Below are positions 15,105 through 25,529 of a stretch of 64,000 nt of DNA, one piece after another. Location: positions 1 through 64,000 of IMG/VR virus record IMGVR_UViG_3300045971_000356; one strand, given 5' to 3'. The stretch is from a virus. The notes under the pieces are model-generated. The model did not search any database, was not told the origin of the DNA, and saw only the letters and a program-made list of their open reading frames with translations. The position numbers and the translations under genes are program-made. How positions within the stretch are numbered: position 1 is the first letter of the stretch; each line of letters begins with the position of its first letter.

Positions 15105-15689
15105 ATGAAAACACTAAGTCTACTTATATTGTCTCTTACTGCTGGCGCAGCTCTTGCCCAGCCAATCAACAACTATCTCCCTGACGCAGATACACGAGTG
15201 CCTGAAGGTGCAAGTGGCCCTGGCATCGTGCATACGCAACGAGTGCTAGGCCGTGTTATTTCCATTGGTAATCCAGTGATGAAAAGCGTAGCGACGGGCA
15301 GAACATGCTATCCAACGCAGCAACCACAGTATCAGCAACAGCAGCAAAACGACTCCTCAATTAACCCAGGCACAATACTTGGTGCTATTGCGGGTGGCAT
15401 AGTTGGCAATCAAATTGGCGGTGGTGATGGCAACAAGGCAGCGGTGGCACTTGGTGCTGTAACGGGTGCAATGGTTGGTAACAACATGCATCAGCAACAG
15501 CAACCATCGCGTAATCAATATCAGCCAAATCAGCAGCAATGCGAGACTACGTTTGAACAACGTATCGTAGGCTATTCGTTTGTAGTGGAATACAACCAAC
15601 TACAAATGCAAGGATTTATGAACCGTCAGCCGCAGATTGGCGAGAGAGTGCAAGTTATTGTACGAAGCACATATTATCCAGGATTTTGA
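15105..15689 (+). CDS. glycine-zipper 2TM envelope protein
   Basis: GTILGAIAGGIVGNQIGGGDG..AAVALGAVTGAMVG. Upstream TTGACA-17-TATGCT at 15051. Confidence 0.85.
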   Translation: MKTLSLLILSLTAGAALAQPINNYLPDADTRVPEGASGPGIVHTQRVLGRVISIGNPVMKSVATGRTCYPTQQPQYQQQQQNDSSINPGTILGAIAGGIVGNQIGGGDGNKAAVALGAVTGAMVGNNMHQQQQPSRNQYQPNQQQCETTFEQRIVGYSFVVEYNQLQMQGFMNRQPQIGERVQVIVRSTYYPGF

Positions 15690-15699
15690 TAAATACAGT

Positions 15700-15828
15700 A
15701 TGACAAAAACACAAAAATTTTTCGTTTGGGCATTCATAATAATAAATGCTATCGCAATAAGCTATTTTACTGTCACGGCTATTACGCCAGTAATTCAGTC
15801 TGAATATCAGGAGCATATTGCTAGCTGA
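15700..15828 (+). CDS. small membrane protein
   Basis: One TM helix, with ATAAATA upstream. Confidence 0.5.
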   Translation: MTKTQKFFVWAFIIINAIAISYFTVTAITPVIQSEYQEHIAS

Positions 15829-15839
15829 AAGGGGAAAAT

Positions 15840-16022
15840 ATGATAGAAAAGATATTAGAAAAAGTAACAGGAAAGAGCGAGGATAAAACTGACGGATTAG
15901 AGCAGTTTATCATAGCAAACGACCCGCAAACACCGGGCGATGTGGAGAAACTTGAGCGAGATTACACAAAATATCGCTTTACGGGTGTGGGCCGCCAAGA
16001 ATACTACCCGATTACTCTGTAA
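15840..16022 (+). CDS. small hypothetical protein
   Basis: RBS AAGGGG; LEQFIIANDPQTPGDVEKLERDY. Confidence 0.55.
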   Translation: MIEKILEKVTGKSEDKTDGLEQFIIANDPQTPGDVEKLERDYTKYRFTGVGRQEYYPITL

Positions 16023-16125
16023 TACACAGACTTAGGCAATAGTGAAAAACTGCTATTGCCTTTTTCTTTGACTTTTATTTCTTGCAGCGGTTAGATAAAT
16101 ACTCAATAACTTAGAGGTATTTATA

Positions 16126-17589
16126 ATGGCAAATTCTTTTGGCGGCAATGACGCATTCACAATTCTTACAGCAGCACAATCTAATCCAAATGATGGTGTT
16201 GATTTACCAGCAAGTAAGTCAACGATATTGCAACCTGTAGCGCATGATACAGCATATATTCCGCCACCTGGAGCCACAACACAGCAAGTTTACGGATCTT
16301 CTAATATTCAAGTAGGAGCCACTGGTCCACAAGGTCCAATGGGAGCCACTGGTCCACAAGGTCCAATGGGAGCCACTGGTCCACAAGGTCCCGCTGGTGC
16401 AGATGGCGCGGTCGGTCCAGCTGGTCCACAAGGTCCCGCTGGTGCAGATGGCGCGGTCGGTCCAGCAGGGCAAGGGCTGCAAGGTAATACAGGCCAACCT
16501 GGACAAATGGGACCACAAGGTCCACAGGGTGACCTTGGACCACAAGGTCCACAGGGAGTAGAAGGACCCCAAGGACCCCAAGGATCTGCTGGTACTGGGA
16601 TAACACTTAAAGGGGCGTTAACTTTACTGTCAGAACTGCCAGCGGCACCAATACCATCCATTGGTGACTCGTATTTTGTACAAGAAGATGGTAATTTGTA
16701 TTCTTGGAACGGTTTATCATGGACTAATGTTGGCAATATTGAAGGCCCACAAGGTATACAAGGCCCGCCAGGCAACATTGGGCCACAGGGTGTCAAAGGT
16801 GATCCAGGTAGCATAGCTGAAGTGCCAGTGACTAACACAATTTATGTTGATCCGGCACGCCAAGATAACTACACCGAAACAGGTTCAATTTTAACCCCAT
16901 ATAAAACAATTACCTCTGCTATAAACGCATGCTCATCATTGAACTTAGTTAGTCAAGTGATTCAACTGGCGCCGTTCACTTACACCGAGGATGTTGTATT
17001 GAATAAAGATGGAGTTAACATTATTGGCCCACGCGGTGCTGCTTTAACGGGTACTTTGACTATACAGTCTCCTACAGTGATTGCACCACAAAGCAATCGC
17101 ATCGAAGGAATTACTATCTTTTGTACAACAGTTACCGTATCATTGATGTCTGATGTTAACGCTGATAGTATGCTTGAAATAGTTAACTGTGACACTGATG
17201 TGGGAACATGGGCAGTTACTAAAGACGCTGGCTCTAGACTTATAGTTACCATTGGTACAACTTATGCGTACAGTGTACCACACAGTGCCAACATATTCAT
17301 CCATCCAGATAACGGAGCGTTTCAATATCTTAACATGGCAAGCACTGCCACTATAACTTTCGCTGGGGCAGAAAGCTTTTTGGAATTTGGCACAGTGTTC
17401 AAGGTGACGTTAGAAATTACTGCAAACGGTAACCAAATCTTTTGGGGTCCGTCGGTGAGGTTTGTTACAAACCAACCCTTAGCAGTGCAAACTGGTGGTT
17501 CTAACCCTTCGTTGTATGATTTTTACACATATAATGCTGGTCAAACATGGACTGGAAGAGTTAGTTTTGCTCTTCCTGCTGGAGCATAA
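16126..17589 (+). CDS. collagen-like (Gly-X-Y) virion fibre/decoration protein
   Basis: GPQGP repeats, including exact 27-bp and 45-bp DNA duplications, then a G(S)xxxPYKTIxxA beta-helix leader. Confidence 0.85.
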   Translation: MANSFGGNDAFTILTAAQSNPNDGVDLPASKSTILQPVAHDTAYIPPPGATTQQVYGSSNIQVGATGPQGPMGATGPQGPMGATGPQGPAGADGAVGPAGPQGPAGADGAVGPAGQGLQGNTGQPGQMGPQGPQGDLGPQGPQGVEGPQGPQGSAGTGITLKGALTLLSELPAAPIPSIGDSYFVQEDGNLYSWNGLSWTNVGNIEGPQGIQGPPGNIGPQGVKGDPGSIAEVPVTNTIYVDPARQDNYTETGSILTPYKTITSAINACSSLNLVSQVIQLAPFTYTEDVVLNKDGVNIIGPRGAALTGTLTIQSPTVIAPQSNRIEGITIFCTTVTVSLMSDVNADSMLEIVNCDTDVGTWAVTKDAGSRLIVTIGTTYAYSVPHSANIFIHPDNGAFQYLNMASTATITFAGAESFLEFGTVFKVTLEITANGNQIFWGPSVRFVTNQPLAVQTGGSNPSLYDFYTYNAGQTWTGRVSFALPAGA

Positions 17590-17623
17590 AATTTAGTGTC
17601 TAGCATACAGTATTAAATACTGT

Positions 17624-18082
17624 ATGAAAAAAATACTGATCATGGGCCTGCCAGGTGCCGGCAAAACTACTCTGGCTAGTGCGTTAGATAAGTTATTGAC
17701 TGCCTTCAATAAAAAAACAATTTGGTTAAATGCCGACAAAGTTCGTGAAGAATTTAACGATTGGGATTTTAGTTTAGCTGGCAGAATTAGGCAAAGTACA
17801 CGCATGCGTGAGTTGGCAGAGAAAATAGAATGTGATTATGTAATAGCTGATTTTGTTGCCCCGCTCATCCAAATGCGATCTAACTTTAACGCTGATTACA
17901 CAATTTGGGTTGACACAATAACAGAAGGTAGATACACAGATACGAATAAGATTTTTGTACCACCTGGGATTTACGATTTTCGAGTCACAGAGCAAGATGC
18001 TGAAAAATGGGCAAAGATTATTTGTAAACAAATTTTAGAAAATAATATTATGGCAAGAACAGCACTTGAACCATCAAGCTAA
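17624..18082 (+). CDS. cysC: adenylylsulfate kinase-like P-loop protein
   Basis: GLPGAGKTTLA...WLNADKVREEFNDWDFSLAGRIRQ. Confidence 0.7.
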   Translation: MKKILIMGLPGAGKTTLASALDKLLTAFNKKTIWLNADKVREEFNDWDFSLAGRIRQSTRMRELAEKIECDYVIADFVAPLIQMRSNFNADYTIWVDTITEGRYTDTNKIFVPPGIYDFRVTEQDAEKWAKIICKQILENNIMARTALEPSS

Positions 18083-18116
18083 GTATGTTATACTACAAAT
18101 CCACTACAAGGATTAT

Positions 18117-18386
18117 ATGAAAAAACCTCTCCAATACGGTGCCGATACACCTGCACCTTACAAAAAAATGGTCACTGACTCGTTCATTGCTGAGAACGTC
18201 GAAGAATCGCTTAAAGCGTTTAACGGCTCACGATTTTCGATGATTATTACTGCATCTGAACGGGCACGAGATTTGAAAAAGGGCGCTTTGCCGTTTGTAA
18301 AATCTACGCATAAACCATGTGTTACGGCATTGCTGGAAATTGCCGCGGGTAAGGTTAAAAACACATACACACATAAGACACGGTAG
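18117..18386 (+). CDS. rpoZ: RNA polymerase omega subunit homolog
   Basis: SRFSMIITASERARDL...KPCVTALLEIAAGKV matches the omega core pattern. Confidence 0.8.
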   Translation: MKKPLQYGADTPAPYKKMVTDSFIAENVEESLKAFNGSRFSMIITASERARDLKKGALPFVKSTHKPCVTALLEIAAGKVKNTYTHKTR

Positions 18387-19733
18387 ATGATCCCGTCACC
18401 AGATATTTTTTGCTCAAGCCCATGGCTGCATCTTAGAATTCGAATTTCAGGGCAGCTTCAGTCTTGTCGTTGGATGAATTGGCAGCTCGGTACCCCGCTT
18501 AAAGATGAGTATATTCAAAACACATCAATGATTGAATATTTTAACTCTGTTGACATGTGTGCATTGCGTGGGGGGTTGTTATCAAATACCTCTCACCCAA
18601 TGTGTGCCAAGTGCTATTACCAAGATTCATTTAATAAAGTTAGTGGTAGGGTCAGACAGTTATTTCGAAGTAAGCTAGATAATCTTGACACATTCGCTGA
18701 TGACTTTGTGTCTAGCCCGCATATCGAGCTCTTTAACTACAGTTTAGAAAATAACTTCAAGGCTAGCAAATACCCAATTGATTTGCAAATTGATCTAGAA
18801 AATACTTGCAACGGTGCATGTATTATGTGTAACCCAGTCTTTAGTTCAAAGCTAGGGCATGATTTTAAAAAACTGCACGTAATAAATCCAAAAATATTCC
18901 CAATATCTGCACCACAAAAAAATTGGGCGGCTGATCCAGTGACGCTTGCTAAGTTTGTTGATGAAATAAAGCAAATGCCCGAAATTGAATACATTCATTT
19001 TTTGGGTGGGGAAACATTATATGTTGAAAGTTTTTATACTATTTGTGAGGCACTGATTAAGTCTGGTGCTGCGAAAAATATTATTATGGGCACTACTACT
19101 AACTGTTCTATATATTCAGATAGATTGGCCAATATTATATCGTCATTTAAAAGTGTGCATTTAGGGTTAAGCATTGAGTCAATGCACGAGGTTAATGATT
19201 ATATTCGATATCCAAGTAAAATAGGGATAGTGTCTGAAAACATTAAGAATTTTTTGGCACTAAGAGAGAATAACCACGAGTTGTATATTCAGTTTAGGAT
19301 TACTCCTAATATTTTTACTGTTTTTTATTTAGATGAATTGTTACAGTATGCATTAGATAATGGGATTAGTAGTGAAAGTTGTGATATTCTTTGCGAGCCG
19401 CCATATCTTTGTATTGAACTGATTCCAAATGATATTAAGATGCAAGCTATTAGCAAGTTAAAGAATTTCATGATACGTAACAAGTTAATGTACGTTGGCA
19501 AAGTAACAAACTCGCGTGAAAAATCGTTATGCAGGGAAGTGATGGCAGATGCAGTTACTAGTTATATAAACTTCTTGGAGACTATGCAACCTCCAACTAA
19601 TTGTGAAGATCTTAGATTTGGGTTGGTGGAATTTTTGCATGCGTTTGAAACTATACGTAAAAATAGTATCTTAGATTATGTACCTGAATTCACTGATTTC
19701 TTAATGCAATACGGGTATTCTCGACAGAAATGA
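18387..19733 (+). CDS. radical SAM protein (twitch/SPASM type)
   Basis: CNGACIMC, FLGGET and an N-terminal FCSSPW domain. Confidence 0.85.
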   Translation: MIPSPDIFCSSPWLHLRIRISGQLQSCRWMNWQLGTPLKDEYIQNTSMIEYFNSVDMCALRGGLLSNTSHPMCAKCYYQDSFNKVSGRVRQLFRSKLDNLDTFADDFVSSPHIELFNYSLENNFKASKYPIDLQIDLENTCNGACIMCNPVFSSKLGHDFKKLHVINPKIFPISAPQKNWAADPVTLAKFVDEIKQMPEIEYIHFLGGETLYVESFYTICEALIKSGAAKNIIMGTTTNCSIYSDRLANIISSFKSVHLGLSIESMHEVNDYIRYPSKIGIVSENIKNFLALRENNHELYIQFRITPNIFTVFYLDELLQYALDNGISSESCDILCEPPYLCIELIPNDIKMQAISKLKNFMIRNKLMYVGKVTNSREKSLCREVMADAVTSYINFLETMQPPTNCEDLRFGLVEFLHAFETIRKNSILDYVPEFTDFLMQYGYSRQK

Positions 19734-20851
19734 ACGAGTCACTTCGGTTTTTTTGCAGGTTACCGTGGGAGGGACTTGACATATCACCGCAGGGTGAATT
19801 TAAGCCGTGTTGTAAATATCGTGGAACTGTTGCCACTGGTTTTACAGAATATATTGCTAGCCCTGAGTTGAAGCAGCTAAGAGAATTATTTTTGGAAGGT
19901 AAAAAACCTGACAAATGCGTTAGATGCTGGAATGACGAAGAAGCTGGGATAAAAAGCAAACGTCAGATTGAGTTTGACAATCATTTAGTAGAACAACCGG
20001 TTAACAAGGACTTTAAAATTGTAAGCTTATCTTTTGGTAATACCTGCAATTTAGCTTGCCGATCTTGCTCAAGTTACGCAAGTTCTAAATGGCTCACTGA
20101 GGCAAAAAAATTGCATGCACTTGGAGTTGAGACGAAGCAGTTTCCACACACTGCATTTTATAAACAGCAAGAATTTACGGAAAATATAAAGCAAATATCT
20201 AAACATGCGTCGCTTATTGAAATTGTTGGTGGCGAACCATTTTATACTGGGCTTGCTGAACATAAAGAATTTCTTCGATACTTAACTGAAAATTCACCGG
20301 CGGAAAAAAGCTTGCATTACGTTACTAATGTGACTGCATTTCCTGACGATGAGTTCTGGGATTTATGGAAGAATTTTAAAAATGTTGATATACAATTAAG
20401 CATAGATGGGGTTGGCAAACAATTTGAATATCTTAGGTGGCCTGCTAAATGGGGTAATGCTTATAGCAACATAAAAAAATATCAGCAGAAAAAAGAAAAA
20501 ATCACAAATTTGCAACTTAGTATAAGCCACACTGTAAGTTCAATGAACGTGTATTATCTTCCTGAATTTTTACAATGGTGTAAACAAGAAGAGTTGCCAG
20601 TGCCTTATTGCGGTAAAGTGCATACTCCCGAGTATTACGACATTGCTACCTTACCTCAACATATTAAATGTGCTATTTTTAAAAAATTTGGAGATAACAC
20701 AGAGCTCGCACCAATGGTGGCAGCAATGCAAAAAAACGAAGAGAGTATGTTTGCTGAGTTTACTTTAATGCTTGATACATTAGATAAGATGAGAAATCAG
20801 TCGTTTGATGAGGTGTTTCCTGAGTATGCGCAAATAATAAAAACGGCATAA
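19730..20851 (+). CDS. radical SAM protein (twitch/SPASM type)
   Basis: CNLACRSC, VGGEP. Confidence 0.85.
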   Translation: MNESLRFFCRLPWEGLDISPQGEFKPCCKYRGTVATGFTEYIASPELKQLRELFLEGKKPDKCVRCWNDEEAGIKSKRQIEFDNHLVEQPVNKDFKIVSLSFGNTCNLACRSCSSYASSKWLTEAKKLHALGVETKQFPHTAFYKQQEFTENIKQISKHASLIEIVGGEPFYTGLAEHKEFLRYLTENSPAEKSLHYVTNVTAFPDDEFWDLWKNFKNVDIQLSIDGVGKQFEYLRWPAKWGNAYSNIKKYQQKKEKITNLQLSISHTVSSMNVYYLPEFLQWCKQEELPVPYCGKVHTPEYYDIATLPQHIKCAIFKKFGDNTELAPMVAAMQKNEESMFAEFTLMLDTLDKMRNQSFDEVFPEYAQIIKTA

Positions 20852-20858
20852 ATATCTT

Positions 20859-21224
20859 ATGTTTATGCAAATCAACGAAGAAGAGCACAAAGCTATCTAT
20901 GATATCATTGATAAGCTTGAAGAGGTTATTGCTCATCCACCACTGATGATAGTGCGTGAATTGCTGACTACTATAGAGCAGCACTTCGCTCATGAAGAAG
21001 CATGGATGGCAAGGCATAACTATCCCGACTATCCTGGGCATAAAAAAGCGCACGAAGCATATCTTTCATTGCTCACAAAATTTTACAACGACGTAAAAAA
21101 CGACCCATCTATTTTGCCCGGAAGACTTGAAATGATCAAACACGCATTAGACAGCCACAAAGATACCGAGATGGTGGCATTCGCTGTTCATGTCAGTGAC
21201 GTCCCACCAGCAGCAGAAATTTAG
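20859..21224 (+). CDS. bacteriohemerythrin
   Basis: EEH...HFAHEE...YPDYPGHKKAH...H...D. Confidence 0.85.
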   Translation: MFMQINEEEHKAIYDIIDKLEEVIAHPPLMIVRELLTTIEQHFAHEEAWMARHNYPDYPGHKKAHEAYLSLLTKFYNDVKNDPSILPGRLEMIKHALDSHKDTEMVAFAVHVSDVPPAAEI

Positions 21225-21284
21225 TCACACGTAACCACTGAGATAAAAATAAAGCAGTGGTGATCTTAGAGATAAATAAAAAGA

Positions 21285-21360
21285 GCCCGATTAGCACAGC
21301 GGTAGTTGCAATCGCCTTGTAAGCGATAGGTCGTCTGTTCGATTCAGACATTGGGCACCA
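21285..21360 (+). tRNA. tRNA-Thr(TGT)
   Basis: ATCGC-CTTGTAA-GCGAT, CCA. Confidence 0.9.
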
Positions 21361-21424
21361 GTTATCTCACATAAAGATCTACATTTAATTTAGTCAGCAT
21401 AAATACCTGAGATAGGAGATTTTT

Positions 21425-21940
21425 ATGCTGACTTGCGAATGTGGTAAACAGTTTTTAAATATTAGACAATTGAACGGACATAAAAGCGTTCATACTCGCG
21501 GTGAAAATTATAGAAATAGTCGTGCATCTGAAGTAATACGATATAAATGTTTAAATTGCAGTAAAGAGGTAGATGCAGGGGCATCAAAAGTTAATAAATA
21601 TTGTAGCACTAATTGCCAGCGTGAGTATCAAAGTGCAGACAAAATTAGACAATGGTTAGAAGAAGGTAAGGATTGGAATTATGGTGTGCCACCCTGGGCA
21701 AGAAGAACAATAGCAAAACTTCGCGGAGATGGATGTGAAATTTGCGGAGTAGTGACACACAATAATTTGCCTTTGCAACTTGAATGCGACCATATTGATG
21801 GCAATCACACTAACAATAAGATAGAAAATTTAAGATTAATATGCCCAAATTGTCATAGCCAAACATCAACATATAAGGCAAAGAATATGGGAAACGGAAG
21901 AAAAAGTAGAAGAACAACAGATTATGGCAAAACAACTTAA
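21425..21940 (+). CDS. HNH homing endonuclease
   Basis: LECDHIDGNHTNNKIENLRLICPNCHSQT. Confidence 0.9.
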   Translation: MLTCECGKQFLNIRQLNGHKSVHTRGENYRNSRASEVIRYKCLNCSKEVDAGASKVNKYCSTNCQREYQSADKIRQWLEEGKDWNYGVPPWARRTIAKLRGDGCEICGVVTHNNLPLQLECDHIDGNHTNNKIENLRLICPNCHSQTSTYKAKNMGNGRKSRRTTDYGKTT

Positions 21941-22021
21941 AGAAATAGCATCAATTGTGTTCGCATTAACTTGTATTGTGCCATTTATTCTGTTATACTT
22001 GCACTACGGCAAAAGAATATA

Positions 22022-22096
22022 GGATTGTTGGCGCAGCGGTAGCGCAGTGTCCTTACACGGCATTGGTCGTAGGTTCGAATCCTACACAATCCACCA
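22022..22096 (+). tRNA. tRNA-Val(TAC)
   Basis: GGATTGT/ACAATCC-ACCA, loop CTTACAC. Confidence 0.9.
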
Positions 22097-22117
22097 ATTT
22101 AACTAACGAAAGAAAAC

Positions 22118-22414
22118 ATGACTGATAAAATCCCAGGTGTAAATTTAGAAAAGCGTTTAGCCTGCGCTAAGGGCACCAAAATGTCAAAGCGCACCAAGAC
22201 CATTGGTGCGTTAATTGGTTTCGCATCACGTGCAGACCAAAAGCAATACATGAAATTGCTCGCTAAGACTCAGCATGAAGCTGACATTCAGTCCAAGAGC
22301 AATAAGCGTATTGGCGGCGGTGGCGGATTTACTGGTGGCCAACCACGTGATGTGGTTCCAGGTGCTGCTCGTACATTGCGCCCAGGCGAAGCGTCTACCG
22401 CAGACTTGGTTTAA
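22118..22414 (+). CDS. hypothetical protein
   Basis: ORF with RBS. Confidence 0.5.
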   Translation: MTDKIPGVNLEKRLACAKGTKMSKRTKTIGALIGFASRADQKQYMKLLAKTQHEADIQSKSNKRIGGGGGFTGGQPRDVVPGAARTLRPGEASTADLV

Positions 22415-23079
22415 CGCAACCTGCCCGGACTCCATCCTACTGGGCAGGTAACTGATAATGTATGTGAACATCCGTTGTTCCACCATCGTTTTTGGCGGCC
22501 AAGTTCCACCATTCTCGCTTTAATCTCATCGGATCTAACTAACCCACTTAAACTGGCAGACATTTTATTGCGAGTTTCACTTGATACTATTTTACCTTTG
22601 TGAATCTTAGATATTTTATCTCTTGTCTCAGCAGATACTACCTTACCCAGATGCGCCTCTGACATTTTTTGTCTTGTTGCAATAGAATGTCTTCTGAGTT
22701 TGCTAGCATTTGCGATATTTTTCTTATGTTCCTCAGTGAAGGTACGCTTTATGCCAGAATTGGCACCTTTGGTGGTTCCGAGACCATTTTCGAGAATTTT
22801 GTTAGCCCATATTTTCTTACCAGTGTGGTTATCAATGGCATTGATAATGTTGTGTGAAGTAGAAAATGCCATGGCCTCTTCAACAAGCGTTTCCTTATCT
22901 AAGTATAAATGACACCATATTGTTGAAACATCTTTCCCGTGTTTACGAAGATGTGCTAACCAGTATTCGCCAGAACCAGAATATTTGATTGGATCTTTGG
23001 AAGATGTTTTCCCAAAATATTTTAAACCAGTTTGGTTATGTTGTTTTATGTAAAGCCAAGTCGGCTTATAAATACTCAT
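22411..23079 (-). CDS. GIY-YIG homing endonuclease with NUMOD3 repeats
   Basis: LYIKQHNQTGLKYFGKT...YSGSG and GKVVSAETRDKIS repeats. Confidence 0.9.
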   Translation of the reverse strand: MSIYKPTWLYIKQHNQTGLKYFGKTSSKDPIKYSGSGEYWLAHLRKHGKDVSTIWCHLYLDKETLVEEAMAFSTSHNIINAIDNHTGKKIWANKILENGLGTTKGANSGIKRTFTEEHKKNIANASKLRRHSIATRQKMSEAHLGKVVSAETRDKISKIHKGKIVSSETRNKMSASLSGLVRSDEIKARMVELGRQKRWWNNGCSHTLSVTCPVGWSPGRLR

Positions 23080-23145
23080 GCTGTAACTCCTTTCAGTTAT
23101 AGAGTAGGTGGATGCTGATACATCGCGATCTACACTATTATTTAG
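23080..23145 (-). promoter_or_regulatory. conserved structured endonuclease leader, copy 1
   Basis: TAAATAATAGTGTAGATCGCG...CCACCTACTCTA...GAAAGGAG...CAGC-ATG. Confidence 0.7.
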
Positions 23146-23206
23146 CCATTATCGTTGACGAATTATTAAATTTATAGTAAACTAATGCTTTACACGAGGA
23201 AATTAT

Positions 23207-23362
23207 ATGTTTTTTGAAAGTATCGAATTGAGAAAAGTTAAGAATGGCTTTTTGCTAACACTCAACACTGAGGACGGAAACGAAGAATACGTTTTTGACT
23301 CATCGCGCAAAGCACTCAAGTTCATCAAAGACTACATTGAAGCAAAACCTGAAGCAAAGTAA
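23207..23362 (+). CDS. small hypothetical protein (51 aa)
   Basis: GAGGA RBS; MFFESIELRKVKNGF... Confidence 0.6.
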   Translation: MFFESIELRKVKNGFLLTLNTEDGNEEYVFDSSRKALKFIKDYIEAKPEAK

Positions 23363-23368
23363 TTTGCG

Positions 23369-24787
23369 ATGCATAGTGTAACCGTTATTACCCCAACGAC
23401 GGGGAAAGCATCGTTATTGAAATTAATTGACTCCATAGAGTCCCAAAGTCTTTCGGGGATTGTATATCACCTATTGCTATGGGATGATTTTAGAGACTCT
23501 GACGTTGATCCAGCTTCATTTAATAGCGATCATCGATTCAGTATTGTTGCTCCGCCAGGCAGTGGGAAAAATGGTTCTGCACCGGGGTCAATTCTTAGGG
23601 CAGTTGGATTTATACTGGCCAATACTCCTTGGATCACATTTGCCGATGATGATGTTACGTGGGACAACAATCATTTGGCTGTATTGAACGAAGTTATTAC
23701 TAATTCCGGTAAAAATTGGGCGTTTACTATGCGTAAAATTTGGTCACCTGCAGGTGATTACTTAGGCATAGACAATTTTGAATCCGTTGGGGATTCACCA
23801 TTACGCAGAGTTCCATATGAGATGTGTGATGGTAATACAATGATATTTCGACGCGAGTATGGAGTGGCAGCAGCACATTTGTATCGCAATACTACAGAGT
23901 ACAACGACGATAGGCTCATGTATGCCTTACTTAAAGAAAACGCTGGCCCAGGTGCTCAAACTAATACTGCGACAATCAATCAAATTTGCCCAGATAAGCT
24001 AATTGATTTTTTTAAAAACAATTGTGATAAAACACGAACAATAGAATTTTATAATGACTATCATTTAGGCGACAATGTATTTCACTTGACTTTTTTGAGA
24101 AAGTTATGTGCGCTAACATCTGATAAATTTGTTTACTACATTAAGCCAAATTACATAGCCGAGTTAAACAACCACATCGTTGGTTTTGAGAATCGCATTT
24201 CGTTGCGGCCACTCAGTGAGAAAACTGCATTGGCTATGAATGCTTGGATTGGTGAAATTTACTTTGCACATCCTGGCTCGTCAATTTACGATATTTTTTA
24301 TATAGATTGGTTTAATTATCTAACGAATAAAATGTATGGTAAGTCGTTAAACCTTACTTTAATATCTGATTATCTACCTCTGTCAATGGGTACGCCTCAA
24401 TATGACATGTTAATTATTAATTCAGTGCCGCAATCAAACCAGTTTGCACTCAATGAGCAATTGTTCAATGAGTATATCGTTAACCTAAGTAAAAAATATA
24501 AAGTTATTACTACTAAAAAAGTTGACGGGGTTCCTTGCTCTATAGATACAAACATGACGTTAATTGACATTGGGGCGATAGCAGCAAAGGTAGATCACGT
24601 GATTGCCATTCACACTGGGCCAATAACCACGTGTATTAATCAATGGGCAGTAAACAATGTTAAATCATGGGTCATTTGTGACATTAAAAACTCATTCTCT
24701 TTTAGTAACATGACTTGGGTTCGTAATATGCAAGAATTAATAGATGTAATTCAAAATGATTATCTTGCAGGCAAACACATAACATGA
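23369..24787 (+). CDS. GT2 glycosyltransferase fused to a second GT-like domain
   Basis: VTVITPT...WITFADDD and a C-terminal YHLGDNVF domain. Confidence 0.75.
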   Translation: MHSVTVITPTTGKASLLKLIDSIESQSLSGIVYHLLLWDDFRDSDVDPASFNSDHRFSIVAPPGSGKNGSAPGSILRAVGFILANTPWITFADDDVTWDNNHLAVLNEVITNSGKNWAFTMRKIWSPAGDYLGIDNFESVGDSPLRRVPYEMCDGNTMIFRREYGVAAAHLYRNTTEYNDDRLMYALLKENAGPGAQTNTATINQICPDKLIDFFKNNCDKTRTIEFYNDYHLGDNVFHLTFLRKLCALTSDKFVYYIKPNYIAELNNHIVGFENRISLRPLSEKTALAMNAWIGEIYFAHPGSSIYDIFYIDWFNYLTNKMYGKSLNLTLISDYLPLSMGTPQYDMLIINSVPQSNQFALNEQLFNEYIVNLSKKYKVITTKKVDGVPCSIDTNMTLIDIGAIAAKVDHVIAIHTGPITTCINQWAVNNVKSWVICDIKNSFSFSNMTWVRNMQELIDVIQNDYLAGKHIT

Positions 24788-24864
24788 AATTTGGGTTTTT
24801 GGTAACGTCAGCCATAAACACAAAGTTTGGTGTTTACAGCGCAGATGCAACTTCAACAAAATAA
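24784..24864 (+). pseudogene. possible truncated gene remnant
   Basis: MKFGFLVTSAINTKFGVYSADATSTK*, coupled to the upstream stop and ending abruptly. Confidence 0.35.
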
Positions 24865-24877
24865 TCATTTAATTTAT

Positions 24878-25462
24878 ATGTTCGAACAATCTAAATCAGC
24901 AAAACGTCGATATTACGACGGTAATTTTTTGTCAAAATACTTTGTGGGCAACGGACTTGATGTTGGGTGTGGATCAGATTCAATTGGTCAGTATATGGGA
25001 ATTTTCCCGATGATCACTTCGGTGACTCCGTGGGACAAAGAAGACGGTGATGCAATGCTTCTTGCATCTATTCCAGATGAATCTTACAATTTTGTTCATG
25101 CAAGTCACTCACTTGAGCATATGAGTGACCCGGTGGTAGCGTTAACAAACTGGTTTAGAGTAGTCAGGACTGGTGGTCACATCATCGTCACGATTCCTGA
25201 TGAAGATATGTACGAGCACGGTATTTGGCCAAGTCAATATAACCCAGAGCATCATTTTAGTTTTACTATATGCAAGGATGTATCAATGATGCCGCGTTCG
25301 GTTAATGTGACTGATTTAGTTAAACATTTTGCAAATGTTGGGAAGTGCGTAAAAATTCAATTGCTTGACGATTTTTATCGCAGTAACCTATCCAGCACAA
25401 TAGATCAAACAATGCTGCTTAACGCGGAATGTGGAATTGAAATTATTTGGAAAAAACGGTAA
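24878..25462 (+). CDS. class I SAM methyltransferase
   Basis: GLDVGCGSD...FVHASHSLEH...GGHIIVTIP. Confidence 0.85.
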   Translation: MFEQSKSAKRRYYDGNFLSKYFVGNGLDVGCGSDSIGQYMGIFPMITSVTPWDKEDGDAMLLASIPDESYNFVHASHSLEHMSDPVVALTNWFRVVRTGGHIIVTIPDEDMYEHGIWPSQYNPEHHFSFTICKDVSMMPRSVNVTDLVKHFANVGKCVKIQLLDDFYRSNLSSTIDQTMLLNAECGIEIIWKKR

Positions 25463-25529
25463 TATTGGTTTTGACAGCCAGTGTTAAATGTGTTACACTG
25501 TACCTACCGCAACTTTAACTTCGTATATT

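Noticed and set aside
16219-16838. Repetitive antisense ORFs and DNA tandem repeats
   Set aside because: Fully explained by Gly-X-Y collagen coding on the plus strand.
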